Shown piece by piece: positions 37,826-50,044 of a stretch of 64,000 nt of DNA (within the stretch, counting starts at the first letter, position 1; every line of letters starts with the position of its first letter). The position numbers and the translations under genes are program-made. The notes under the pieces were generated by a model, which made no database searches, was not told the origin of the DNA, and was given only the letters and a program-made list of their open reading frames with translations. Origin of the DNA: Thermoanaerobaculia bacterium (GTDB taxonomy: Bacteria; Acidobacteriota; Thermoanaerobaculia; UBA5066); NCBI GenBank assembly GCA_963816185.1, contig CAWFJJ010000025.1, forward strand, positions 1 to 64,000, given 5' to 3'.

Positions 37826-38333
37826 GGTTGCGGCCCAGTCACCCGGACGCGGAGTCTCGCACGGGATCGCCCGGCGGGACGACCGGCATGAGCGGGATGT
37901 TCTTCGTCGCGAACCTCGCGCCGAGAGCCTCCATGCGAGTCTTCGACCAGCCGGCGAAGACGTCCTCGATCGTGCCCTCGGGCGACACCAGCACGAGATG
38001 CGGAACCGACTCCACGCCGAAGGCGTTCGAGGCGGCGAACTTGGGCTCCGGATCGAGCAGGAGGTCGAAGGTCGCGCCGCCGTGCTCCGCGTAGTACGCG
38101 CGGCTGGAGCCGGCGTCGTTCTGAGAGACGCCCACGACGTGGACGGTCTTCTCCCCGTAGGCCTGATGAAGGCGCTCGAGGTAGGGCCACGTGAGCTGGC
38201 AGATGGGGCAGCTCGTCTTGAAAAACGCGAGGAGGACCGGTAACCCGCGTCCTTTCGTGACGACGTCCGCCGTCGAGAGGGTCGCTCCATCGGTCGCCCG
38301 GAAGCGGGCCTTGGGCGCGGCTGAAGAGTTCAT
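37821..38333 (-). CDS. TlpA/peroxiredoxin-like redoxin, candidate selenoprotein (UGA at 37841-37839; ends at 37839 if not recoded)
   Basis: FFKTSCPIC, GVSQN, SVP; ...DSASG-UGA-LGRNR-UGA with a downstream hairpin. Confidence 0.75.
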
Positions 38334-38356
38334 GCCGGGAGTTTAGCGTCGGCGAA

Positions 38357-38797
38357 TCAGTTCGTCTTGCTGCCGTCGCCGGACGTCGCGGGGCCGGGCG
38401 TGTACGGCGTGGCGTCCGCCACGTGCACCGAAACTGCCTTTGCGCCCTCGGAGGTCGGGAGATAGCGCGCGACGACCTGGTCATTCGGCTTGAGCTCGGC
38501 AAGCGTCGAGACCTTCTTTCCCTTAATGACGGGGACATCGGACGCAATCGCGATCGCAACCGTCTCGCGAACCCCGCGTTTGCCCTTGACGACCGTGGAC
38601 TTCACCGATTCGCGCACGAGGACGATGCGGGACGCAAGGTCGACCCACACGATCTCACCCGCGATCGTCTTCGATGGGGCTGCCGGCGCGGCCTTCGGCG
38701 CTGCCGCGGAAGATGGAGACACGGAAGACACGGCCGCGGATTTCACAGCGTCCTCGGGCGCGAAGAGCAGTACCAGAAGGAGGACGAAGACCGCCAT
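38357..38797 (-). CDS. Secreted hypothetical protein (OB-fold/DUF5666-like)
   Basis: Hydrophobic N-terminus; GEIV.VD...LAELKP.D.V...Y pattern. Confidence 0.55.
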   Translation of the reverse strand: MAVFVLLLVLLFAPEDAVKSAAVSSVSPSSAAAPKAAPAAPSKTIAGEIVWVDLASRIVLVRESVKSTVVKGKRGVRETVAIAIASDVPVIKGKKVSTLAELKPNDQVVARYLPTSEGAKAVSVHVADATPYTPGPATSGDGSKTN

Positions 38798-38810
38798 GAG
38801 TCCTTTTGCG

Positions 38811-38826
38811 TGCACGAGACGTGCCC
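38811..38826 (-). promoter_or_regulatory. Possible sigma-54 promoter
   Basis: GGGCACGTCTCGTGCA, GG-N10-GC. Confidence 0.35.
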
Positions 38827-38982
38827 GGTGCGGTCGGAGCCGCGCAGAGCTCTTCGGAACGAAGAAATCCGTCGTTTGGGCGCTCGAAGCGCTCGTCCCC
38901 GTGTCTTTTGGGATCGATCGAGAAAAGGACCGCACCATTTCGGTCGAGAAAGTGCGTCCAAATGGATGAGACCCGCAGCCTG

Positions 38983-40374
38983 TCAGGCCGGCTTCTTGAG
39001 CCCGAATTTCTCGAGGCGGTACTGGAGCGTGCGATACGTCAGGCCGAGGAGGCGCGCCGCCTTCGCGATGACCCAGCCGGACTTCTCCATCGCCTGGACG
39101 ATGAGCTGCCGCTCGAATTCCTCGATGTCGATTCCGTCGACGGGGATGTCGAAACCGTAGGGGCGCGCGGACGGAGCCGTTCGCAGCCGCACGTCGGCCG
39201 GGAGATCCCGGGGACCGATGACGTTTCCCTCACAGAGGAGAACGGCGCGCTCGACCAGGCTTTCGAGCTGGCGCACGTTCCCCGGCCATGGGTGCCGGAC
39301 GAGAAGGTCCATCGCCTCGGGCGAGACGCTGTTGACCGCCGTACCGTGCGATGCGTTCGCCTTCTCGAGAAAGCGGGCCACGAGCGCCTTGATGTCGGAG
39401 GCGCGCTCGCGAAGCGGCGGCAGGTCTACGGGAATGACGTTGAGCCGGTAGAAGAGGTCCTCGCGGAACTGGCCGGCCTTCATCATCGCCTCGAGGTCGC
39501 GGTTCGTGGCCGCCACGACACGCACGTCCACACTCACCGTCTCCGTTCCGCCCACGCGCTTGACTTCCTTCTCCTGTAGGGCACGCAGGATCTTCCCCTG
39601 GAGCGGCAGCGAGAGATCGCCGATCTCGTCGAGGAAAAGCGTCGAGCCGGTCGCCGCCTCGAAGAGCCCGATCTTCCGCGCGTCGGCGCCGGTGAACGAG
39701 CCCCTCTCGTGACCGAACAGCTCGCTCTCGAGAAGAGTCTCCGGGATGGCCGCGCAGTTCAGGGCGTAGAAAGGCTTGCCGGAACGGTGCGAGCGTGCGT
39801 GAACCGCGCGCGCGACGAGCTCCTTGCCTGTGCCCGATTCGCCGCGGATGAGAACCGTGGAGTTCGTGGGCGCGATCTTCTCGACGAGCCGGAAGAGGTC
39901 GCGCATCGCGGCGCTCTCGCCGACGATGGCCTCGAGCCCGTCGTGCTTCAGGCGTTGCTCGAGGCGGATCGTCTTCTCGGTGAGCCGGAACGCCTCGACG
40001 GCGCGCTCCACGCGAAAGAGCAGCTCGTCGGCGACGACGGGCTTCGACATGTAGTCGAAGGCGCCGAGGTGGTGCGCCTCGCGCGCGCGCTCGACCGAGC
40101 CGTGAGCCGTCACGAGGATCACTTTCGGCGCGAGCGGTCCGTCCGCGAGCGAGCTGAGGCTCTTCACGACGTCCATCCCGGTGAGGCCCGGCATCTTGAG
40201 GTCCGTCAGGACGACCTCGGGCCGGATCTCCGCGGCCTTGGCGAGGGCTTCGCGGCCGTCGGCTGCGGCCGTCACGCGGTAGCCCTCGTCTTCGAGGATC
40301 ATCGCGAGCGACTCGCGCTGGTGCTTCTCGTCGTCGACGACCAGAAGGGAAGCCTTCGGCTCCTTCGTGCTCAC
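38983..40374 (-). CDS. Sigma-54-dependent response regulator (NtrC/AtoC family)
   Basis: Receiver DD/D/K; GESGTGKE, GSFTGA, LFLDEIG, WPGNVRQL; Fis HTH. Confidence 0.95.
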   Translation of the reverse strand: MSTKEPKASLLVVDDEKHQRESLAMILEDEGYRVTAAADGREALAKAAEIRPEVVLTDLKMPGLTGMDVVKSLSSLADGPLAPKVILVTAHGSVERAREAHHLGAFDYMSKPVVADELLFRVERAVEAFRLTEKTIRLEQRLKHDGLEAIVGESAAMRDLFRLVEKIAPTNSTVLIRGESGTGKELVARAVHARSHRSGKPFYALNCAAIPETLLESELFGHERGSFTGADARKIGLFEAATGSTLFLDEIGDLSLPLQGKILRALQEKEVKRVGGTETVSVDVRVVAATNRDLEAMMKAGQFREDLFYRLNVIPVDLPPLRERASDIKALVARFLEKANASHGTAVNSVSPEAMDLLVRHPWPGNVRQLESLVERAVLLCEGNVIGPRDLPADVRLRTAPSARPYGFDIPVDGIDIEEFERQLIVQAMEKSGWVIAKAARLLGLTYRTLQYRLEKFGLKKPA

Positions 40375-40390
40375 GGTTGAAGATTACCTC

Positions 40391-41845
40391 TCAGCCGGTT
40401 ACGGGCAGCGAGATCCGGAAGATCGCTCCCGCGTGGCCATCGGCTCTGTTCTTGGCGTTCACTCTTCCGCCGTGCTCCTCGACGATGCGCTTGACCATCG
40501 CGAGGCCGAGTCCCACGCCGCCTTCCTTCTTCGAGAAGTAAGGATCGAAGAGTCGCGGGAGGTCGGCTTCCGGGATGCCCGGACCTGCATCCTCGCAGGA
40601 GAGGACGAGGCGCGGGCCGGTCTCCGCGGCCGGGTTCTCGCTCGTGAGGCTCACCGTGAGGCTTCCTCCGTTCCGCTCCATGGACTGAATGCCGTTCTGC
40701 ACGAGGTTCCAGACCGCGGACTTCAGGAGGTTCGCGTCGCCCGAAAGCGTGGGGCTCGAGGCCGGAAGGTGCTCCTCGATCGTGACGTGGGCCTGCGCGG
40801 CGGTCTCGGCGAGATCCGCGAGCGTGTGAGAGACGATGCTGCGGAAGTCCGTCGGCGCGAGAAACAGACTGAGCGGCCGGCCGTACGCGAGAAAGTTGTT
40901 GATGAGAGCGGCGAGTCGGTTGATCTCCTCGCGCAAGGCCTCGATGCGGGCGGCGTATTCCGCGGCCGCGCCCTCGTCGGCCGGGCGATGGCGGCGGCGC
41001 AGGACGTCGAGGCCGAGGGACAGCGCGTTCAGCGGGTTCTTGATCTCGTGCGCGAGGCCCGACGCGAGATGGCCGATCTCGGCGCGCTTTTCCGCTCCCG
41101 CGAGCCGCACCTCGAGCTCCTGCCTCTCGCGAAGCCGCTCGGTCATGTAATTGAAGGTGGAGGCGAGGCGGCCGATCTCGTCGTCGCGATCCACCGGCAC
41201 CGTCACGTCGAGCCGCCCCTCGGCGACCTGTGCGGCGCCGTCGGCGAGCTCGTCGAGCGGGCGCGTCGCGTTGTGCGTGACGACGAGCATCACGGCGAGG
41301 CCGAGCGCGAACACTCCGAGAAGTGCGAAGAGCCTTTTTCGGAAGTTGTCGGCGAGCTGTGACCTGATGTTTTCGAGGTTGTAGGCGATCTCGACATGTC
41401 CGCGCAGCTTGCCATCGATGACGATCGGCACGACGAGGCTGCGGTTCGTGGGCGCCGAGCCGATGACGCCGGAAATGACGACGTCCCTCGGCATCTCGGG
41501 TTTCCTGGGCCTCTTCTTCGCGGTCACCGCCGGCGGCGACTCGGGGAAGACCGGCTTGCCGCTCTCGTCCACGACCTTGATGTCGCGCAGGCCGCGCACT
41601 CCGAGCGCCGCCGTGTAGTCGGCGAGCACTTTCGGATCCTTCCAGCCTTCGGGGCCGATCTGGGTCTGGCCCACCTCGATCGCCTTCGCGATCATCTGGT
41701 ACGAGGCGTCCGCCTCCTCCACGGTCTCGTTGCGCGTCTGCAGGTAGACGAGCGTCTGCGCCATCGCGGCGAGAGCCAGGATCCCCGCCCAGGTCACGCC
41801 CAGGCGGGTGGAGAGCCGGATTCCTCGAATTCGATCGCCGATCAT
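40391..41845 (-). CDS. HAMP-domain sensor histidine kinase
   Basis: Two TMs, HAMP DEIG, AHEIKNPL, D.GPGI, GLGL. Confidence 0.93.
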   Translation of the reverse strand: MIGDRIRGIRLSTRLGVTWAGILALAAMAQTLVYLQTRNETVEEADASYQMIAKAIEVGQTQIGPEGWKDPKVLADYTAALGVRGLRDIKVVDESGKPVFPESPPAVTAKKRPRKPEMPRDVVISGVIGSAPTNRSLVVPIVIDGKLRGHVEIAYNLENIRSQLADNFRKRLFALLGVFALGLAVMLVVTHNATRPLDELADGAAQVAEGRLDVTVPVDRDDEIGRLASTFNYMTERLRERQELEVRLAGAEKRAEIGHLASGLAHEIKNPLNALSLGLDVLRRRHRPADEGAAAEYAARIEALREEINRLAALINNFLAYGRPLSLFLAPTDFRSIVSHTLADLAETAAQAHVTIEEHLPASSPTLSGDANLLKSAVWNLVQNGIQSMERNGGSLTVSLTSENPAAETGPRLVLSCEDAGPGIPEADLPRLFDPYFSKKEGGVGLGLAMVKRIVEEHGGRVNAKNRADGHAGAIFRISLPVTG

Positions 41846-41852
41846 GGTCGCC

Positions 41853-42533
41853 TCACGGCGTGTTGAGGGTGCGCCACGTGAAATAAATTCCGAAAACGAA
41901 GAGCAGCGCGCCCGCCACGAGCGTCGAGCGGGAGACCCAGGCCCCCGCGCGAACCCGCCAGCGGTCCACGAGCTGGATGAGGGTGGAGAACCACGAGAAG
42001 ACGCCGAGACCCACGCCGAGGGCGAATCCGCCTGCTCCGGCTGCGGTGGGAACGAGAAGACGGTGCCCGACGAGGAAGGAGATGAAGAGCGTCCAGTTCA
42101 CGAAGAGAGCGGGGTTCGCGGCGCCCTGCAACAATCCCGTGAGAACCGGGAGTCGCAGGCGACCTTCCCTCGGGGGCGCCGAAGCCGGCGGCGGGATGAA
42201 GTCCAGACGCGAGCGCACCGGCTCGATGAGTTCGGCGTCGCGCCGAGCGTCGACGAGGAGCAGCTTCGCGCCGTAGCCCACGAGGAACAAGGCGAGCGTC
42301 CCTCTCACCCAGGGGTTCGTCACGACCTTCTCGAGAATCCAGCCGAGACCGAACCCGATGAGAGCGCAGATGAGCGTGTCCACGCTCGCGCCGCCGAGCG
42401 CCACGCGATACGCGTCACGGCGCTCACCGTGAAGGCTTTTCCTCAGACACGTGACGCCGAGAGGGCCCGGCGGAATCGCCCCGAGGAAGCCGGCGAGAAA
42501 GCCCATCATGAGGGCCAGCGGAAAAGCCGCCAC
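41853..42533 (-). CDS. LysE-family transporter
   Basis: AIPPGP, G....D, ANPA, six TM segments. Confidence 0.8.
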   Translation of the reverse strand: MAAFPLALMMGFLAGFLGAIPPGPLGVTCLRKSLHGERRDAYRVALGGASVDTLICALIGFGLGWILEKVVTNPWVRGTLALFLVGYGAKLLLVDARRDAELIEPVRSRLDFIPPPASAPPREGRLRLPVLTGLLQGAANPALFVNWTLFISFLVGHRLLVPTAAGAGGFALGVGLGVFSWFSTLIQLVDRWRVRAGAWVSRSTLVAGALLFVFGIYFTWRTLNTP

Positions 42534-43137
42534 GTGCTCCTATCCTCTCACGAGGCGTTTGCGGCGTCCGGCGCCGGAGCGTAGAGTCGTGACGTGAGAC
42601 GCACCCTCCTCTCCGTGGCCGCGGTTCTCCTCGCGGCTGTCGTTCTCGGCGCCGAGGGGCGCCTCGAGTTCGAGCCGAAAGTGGGGCCGGTGGGCGGGCG
42701 CGTCATCGTGAAGCCGGGTGTTCCCGCGGGGGCCCAGCTCTTCTTCGGGGGAAGACCCGTGGGCGTCATCAAGGAGGCGGACGGCGTGTCGGCGTTCGTC
42801 GTGCCGCCGGGTATTTCGGGCAGCGCGTTTCTCGAGATCGTGAGCGGAGGCAAGACGGTCGTGAAGAGCGCCGTGCCGTTCATCGTTTCGGGAGCGTCGC
42901 TCGCGAACCCGCCGAAGCTCATCGGCCTCAAAGAAGCGATCGACGTCTTCGGCTACTCCGACCCGCGCCCGTCCGGCGGCGAGAAGCCGGAGCCGCGGGC
43001 CCGGCCCGTTCTGAAGCTCGACGAGAACGAGATCCTCACCATCGGCGAGCCTGCGCCGTTCCACCTGGGGCCCGCCGTCGAGAGCGGCGATCTCGCGACC
43101 GCGGGCAGGAGCGGCATGTCGGGCACGGGTCTTCTCA

Positions 43138-45614
<2,477 letters not shown>

Positions 45615-45652
45615 TTACGAGCGTGCTCTCGGTTCGCCTGGTTTCGCGCGGT

Positions 45653-45796
45653 CTATGTGACGGACCTCGCGAAGCCTCCGTCCGTCTCCCGCGAAGGAGC
45701 GCCGGACATCGAGCACATGCACATGCAAATTCGAACCGCCGCGACTCTGATGATTTCAGTCGCGTCGAGGACGGCAGGCGAAAGGCGGTTCAGCAT
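45653..45796 (-). CDS. Putative Met/Cys leader peptide (47 aa)
   Basis: MLNRLSPAVLDATEIIRVAAVRICMCMCSMSGAPSRETDGGFARSVT*; CMCMCSM cluster at 45727-45707. Confidence 0.75.
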   Translation of the reverse strand: MLNRLSPAVLDATEIIRVAAVRICMCMCSMSGAPSRETDGGFARSVT

Positions 45797-45805
45797 GTTC
45801 GAGGG

Positions 45806-45834
45806 ACCTTAAAGGGGACGACTCGAGGAGTCAA
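45806..45834 (-). promoter_or_regulatory. Sigma-70-type promoter of the met leader
   Basis: TTGACT-17 nt-TAAGGT, 9 nt upstream of the leader ATG. Confidence 0.6.
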
Positions 45835-45868
45835 GCGGAATGAGGGCGTAAGAGCGGCTCGGCGCGCG

Positions 45869-46177
45869 TCAGCGGCCGCGGCCGTAGCCGCCGCCACCGC
45901 CGTAACCGCCACGGCCGCCGCCGCCACCCGTGCGGGGCTCCTGGGGACGCGCCTCGTTGACGCGGAGGGCGCGGCCTTCGAGCTCCTGGCCATTCAGGGC
46001 GCCCATGGCCTTCTGGCCGTCGGCGTCGGACATCTCGACGAAGCCGAAGCCCTTGGACTGGCCGGTATCGCGGTCCGAAATGACGCGGGCCGATTCGACG
46101 GCTCCGTACGCCTCGAAGATGGAGCGGAGCGTGTTGTCGTTGACGGAGTAGGAGAGGTTTCCGACGTAGAGCTTCAT
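45869..46177 (-). CDS. RRM RNA-binding protein with Gly-rich tail
   Basis: KLYVGNL (RNP2), KGFGFVEM (RNP1), GGGGYG tail. Confidence 0.93.
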   Translation of the reverse strand: MKLYVGNLSYSVNDNTLRSIFEAYGAVESARVISDRDTGQSKGFGFVEMSDADGQKAMGALNGQELEGRALRVNEARPQEPRTGGGGGRGGYGGGGGYGRGR

Positions 46178-46442
46178 GAAATGAGGATCCTTCGCAGCGA
46201 CTTGCGATCTGGTAGGGCTGACCGCGTCGATCAAGCGGAAAGCGGGTTCGGGAGATGGTGGGAACGAAACATGAGACGACGGGGACCTAGAGGTTCACGG
46301 CCCGCTCCGCCGATTTCTTCACGTCGAGAAAGGGAGAGAGGGAGTAGCGAACGCCGATATGACACCACGCTCGCGAGGCGCAAGTCAAATCCGCCGGGAA
46401 CTTACGGCCCGCGGCCGGGTCCAACCGACCGGAGAGACCGCG

Positions 46443-47105
46443 ATGGCCGCCCGCATTCTCGCCTTCGACGTGCCTCGGGGACAGGATCCGCGTGGGAGAA
46501 TGGCGCCCGTGACGGCCTCCGCGTATCCGTACACGGGGGAACGCGACTGGCCCGGCGACGAGCGGGCCCTCAGCCGCTTTCTCTCCGGCGACATCCTCGG
46601 GTTCGAGCAGATCGTCCGCCACTACTCGACGATGGTCTTCTCGCTCGCCGCGCGCCTCGTGGGCCCTACGGAAGCCGAGGACGTCGTCCAGGAGACGTTC
46701 CTGCGCGCCTATCACGGCCTCGGAAACTTCCGCGGCGAGTCCAGCCTGAAGACGTGGCTTTACGCGATCGCGTTGAACCGCGCGCGCGCTCGACACGGCA
46801 CGCTCGGCCGGCTGCGGGCGCTCTTCACCCCCGGCCGTTCGCGGGAGGACGATCCCTTCGCGAGCCTCGACGACGCGGCCGACCCTTCCGCGACTCCCGA
46901 GGAAAACGCGGTTCTCAAGGAGCGGCGGACGCGTCTGCGCGCCGCGATCCGCGCGCTTCCCGAGGAATTTCGCACGGCCGTCCTCCTGCGCGACCTCGAG
47001 GGTCTCTCCTACGACGAGGTCGCCGAAGTGCTTTCCATTCCGATCGGAACCGTGCGAAGCCGGCTCGCGCGAGGGCGCGCGCTCCTCAGGGAGAAGCTGT
47101 CATGA
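46443..47105 (+). CDS. ECF sigma factor
   Basis: AEDVVQETF, TWLYAIA.N, LSYDEVA, GTVRSRL.R. Confidence 0.92.
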   Translation: MAARILAFDVPRGQDPRGRMAPVTASAYPYTGERDWPGDERALSRFLSGDILGFEQIVRHYSTMVFSLAARLVGPTEAEDVVQETFLRAYHGLGNFRGESSLKTWLYAIALNRARARHGTLGRLRALFTPGRSREDDPFASLDDAADPSATPEENAVLKERRTRLRAAIRALPEEFRTAVLLRDLEGLSYDEVAEVLSIPIGTVRSRLARGRALLREKLS

Positions 47106-48331
47106 GCGCCCGCCCGTTCGTCCCCCGCCTCGCCGACGAGGATCTCGACCTCCTGCTTTCGCGGTCTCTGGACGGCGATCTCCCGCCGGAGGAGGAGCGC
47201 GAGCTCGAGACCCTCCTCGCGCACGACCCGGCGGCCGCGCGGCGCAAGGAGGAGCTCGCACGGGTCGTGGCCGAGGCCCGCGATCTGCCCGAACCCGCGC
47301 CGCCTTTCGCTTTGGCCACGCGCGTGAACTCGAACGTTTCCGAAAAAGGCGGGCGCGGCGGGGCTGTCTTTCATCGCTTCGGTTTCTATCCGCCGCCCGG
47401 CATGGCCGTCGGCGCGATGGCCCTTCTCGGAATCGTGGCCGTCGCGATCGCGGTGCTCAGGCCAATGCCGCTGCATCGCGTGGAAGGGCCGGTGGATGTG
47501 TTCCTCACGGAAGGCGGACAGGAACACAGCGCCGCGAAGGCGCTTCAGCCGGAGGCTCCGAAGGTCGCGTCGAAGGAAACGACGCGGAACGGGATCGCGG
47601 CTGCGCCGGCGGTTCCCGCTCCGGAGAAGCGGTCTTCGGAGATGCTCGTCGCGAGTGCGCAAGAATCGAAGCTGAAAAGCAACCTGGAAGGGAAGCTCGA
47701 CGACAAGCCGGTAGATGCGGAGAAGGCCGACTCGCGCAAGAAGCTCGCCGAGCAGACGCCCTCCTCCGTCGCCTCGAACGAGGCGGCGTCCGGTGAGAGG
47801 GAAGAAAAGCAGGACGCGCGAGCGGGGCAGCGGCTGAAGCTTTCGAAGACGGAAACGGACGCCGGGTCGGCTCAGCCGCGACGGCAGGCCGCGCCCGCGC
47901 CGGTGCTCGATTCCCCCGCCGGACAGGCAGCGGGCGCCGCGGCGCCTGCCGCGAAAGCCTCTGGAGCGCTTGCGAAGGCCGAGCCCGCGCGCACCTGGTC
48001 CGTCGTCGTGCGCGGCGAAGGCGCACGACGGTGGATGCTGCGCCGTGCCCCCGAAAGCCGGCCCTCGGTCGCTTCGACCCGGGCATCCGCGTTCCGCATC
48101 ACGCTCGACGCCGAGGGGCGGGTGACTTCGGTGCGATCGCTCGACCCGAGTCCTGTACAGCCCGCGCTCTTCGAGTTCGTGCGCGGTCTCGTCTTCGCTC
48201 CGGTCGTGGCCGTCGCCGACGGCACCCCGCAGGGCCGCAACGAGAAGGCGAAGGACGAGCGCGCGGACGCGCTCCAGGATCGGCCGGCCGAATATCCGTC
48301 CGAGATCGACGTCGAGGTTTCGACGCGCTGA
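47102..48331 (+). CDS. Anti-sigma factor (zf-HC2-like N-terminus without Cys, TM, low-complexity outer region)
   Basis: LLSRSLDGDL..EE; single TM; ATGA overlap with the sigma gene. Confidence 0.7.
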   Translation: MSARPFVPRLADEDLDLLLSRSLDGDLPPEEERELETLLAHDPAAARRKEELARVVAEARDLPEPAPPFALATRVNSNVSEKGGRGGAVFHRFGFYPPPGMAVGAMALLGIVAVAIAVLRPMPLHRVEGPVDVFLTEGGQEHSAAKALQPEAPKVASKETTRNGIAAAPAVPAPEKRSSEMLVASAQESKLKSNLEGKLDDKPVDAEKADSRKKLAEQTPSSVASNEAASGEREEKQDARAGQRLKLSKTETDAGSAQPRRQAAPAPVLDSPAGQAAGAAAPAAKASGALAKAEPARTWSVVVRGEGARRWMLRRAPESRPSVASTRASAFRITLDAEGRVTSVRSLDPSPVQPALFEFVRGLVFAPVVAVADGTPQGRNEKAKDERADALQDRPAEYPSEIDVEVSTR

Positions 48332-48357
48332 GCGCCGAGGGTCCGTTTCCGTCGCGT

Positions 48358-48386
48358 TTGACGCCGGTCCCGCCCCTCTCTACACT
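48358..48386 (+). promoter_or_regulatory. Sigma-70 promoter of tRNA-Thr
   Basis: TTGACG-17 nt-TACACT. Confidence 0.65.
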
Positions 48387-48404
48387 CCCTTTCCCTTCGG
48401 AAGA

Positions 48405-48480
<76 letters not shown>

Positions 48481-48828
48481 ATCTTCTGTTGACATAAACC
48501 GCACGTTCGCCTGTATTTATGGGCCTCGCCGGGTAGATCTCTGCCGGAGGTGCGGTGGTAGCCCAGAACCGGCACGCGCGTGAGACGTCCAGAACTTCTT
48601 TGGCAAGCACGGGCCCTGATGCAGGGGCTTCATGGAAGAGATGGGCGCCCCCGAGCAGTCTCAATAGTCAACCGGAGACCCAGATGAGGTCGCGGCCGGG
48701 GAGCTGAATCGCCGGCGAACTGGATGAAGGCCCTCCTCGACTCGATCCGGCACGACTGGCCCCGGCTGCACATCGAGGGCCGGCCGGAGCGCGACACCGA
48801 CCTCGAATCGTGCCTGATGGAGAAATCG

Positions 48829-50034
48829 ATGAAACGCAACGGACGCGCCCTTTTCGTGCTTTCGTTCTGCCTCGCCGCGGCCGCGATCCACGACGGCCGC
48901 CTGCAGGAAGGGCCCGTCCGGACCGCCTCCGGGAGGTCCCGTCGAGGTCGCCGTCGTGACGGTGGCAGCCCGAGAGGATCGTCCTGACGACCGAGCTGCC
49001 GGGCAGGACGTCCCCCTACCTGGTCGCCGAGGTCCGGCCGCAGGTGAACGGCCTCATCCGCGAGCGGGCGTTCGAGGAAGGCTCCGACGTGAAGGCCGGC
49101 GACCTCCTCTACCAGATCGACCCGGCCCAGTACCAGGCCGCCTACGACCAGGCGAAGGCGGCGCTCGCGATGGCCGAGGCGAACGTTCCGGCCGCGCGCG
49201 CTCGCGCGCCGAGCGCCTGAAGGGGCTCGTCGAGATCCACGCGGCGGGCCAGCAGGACTACGACGACGCGCTCGCGGCGCTGCGCAGCAGGCCGAGGCGA
49301 GCGTCGCGGCCGCCAGGGCGGCGGTCGAGAGCGCCCGGATCAACCTCGCCTACACGCCGATCCGCGCGCCGATCCCGGGCCGCATCGGCAAGTCGAGCGT
49401 CACCGTCGGGGCGCTCGTGACCGCGTACCAGCCGGTTCCGCTCGCCGTCGTCCAGCAGCTCGACCCGATCTACGTCGACGTGACGCAGTCCTCCGCGGAC
49501 ATCCTCCGCCTCCGCCAGAGCCTCGAGAGCGGCGACCTCAAGCGGAGCGGCGAGTCGTGGAGCCGGGTGAAGCTGCTCCTCGAGGACGGCACGCCCTACC
49601 CGCGCGAGGGGAAGCTCAAGTTCCGCGACGTCACGGTCGACCCGACGACCGGCTCCGTCAGCCTCCGGATGGTCTTCCCGAACCCGGACCACGTCCTCCT
49701 GCCCGGCATGTTCGTCCGCGCGATCGTCGAGGAAGGCGTGAGCGAGGACGCGATCCTCGCTCCGCAGCAGGGCGTCACGCGCGACCAGAAGGGGAACCCC
49801 GTACGCCCTGGTCGTCGGCAAGGACGGCAAGGCCGAGCAGCGGATGCTCACGCTCGACCGGGCGATCGGCGACCGATGGCTCGTCACGAAGGGGCTCGCC
49901 GCGGGCGACCAGGTGATCGTCGACGGGCTGCAGAGGATCCGCCCCGGCGCCGACGTGAAGGCGGTGCCGTTCGACGTCCCCGGCCGGCGCCGCGAAGCCG
50001 ACGGCCGGCGGCCAGCGCGGCGGCCGCGAAGTAA
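48829..50034 (+). pseudogene. acrA: AcrA/MexA-like RND adaptor with several frameshifts
   Basis: TELPGRT, AEVRPQV.G, QQLDPIYVDVTQS, VDPTTGSV spread over different frames. Confidence 0.8.
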
Positions 50035-50044
50035 GGGGGACGCC

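Noticed and set aside
45690-45760. SAM-I riboswitch upstream of metY (ATCATCAGAG resembles the SAM-I 5' end)
   Set aside because: No GCAACC, GTGC or closing GAT elements in the expected arrangement; the leader-peptide model fits better, though an Rfam scan is still needed
48488-48672. GTTGAC...GTCAAC inverted pair as IS ends or attC site
   Set aside because: Only 6 bp match, no transposase or integrase, no attC structure
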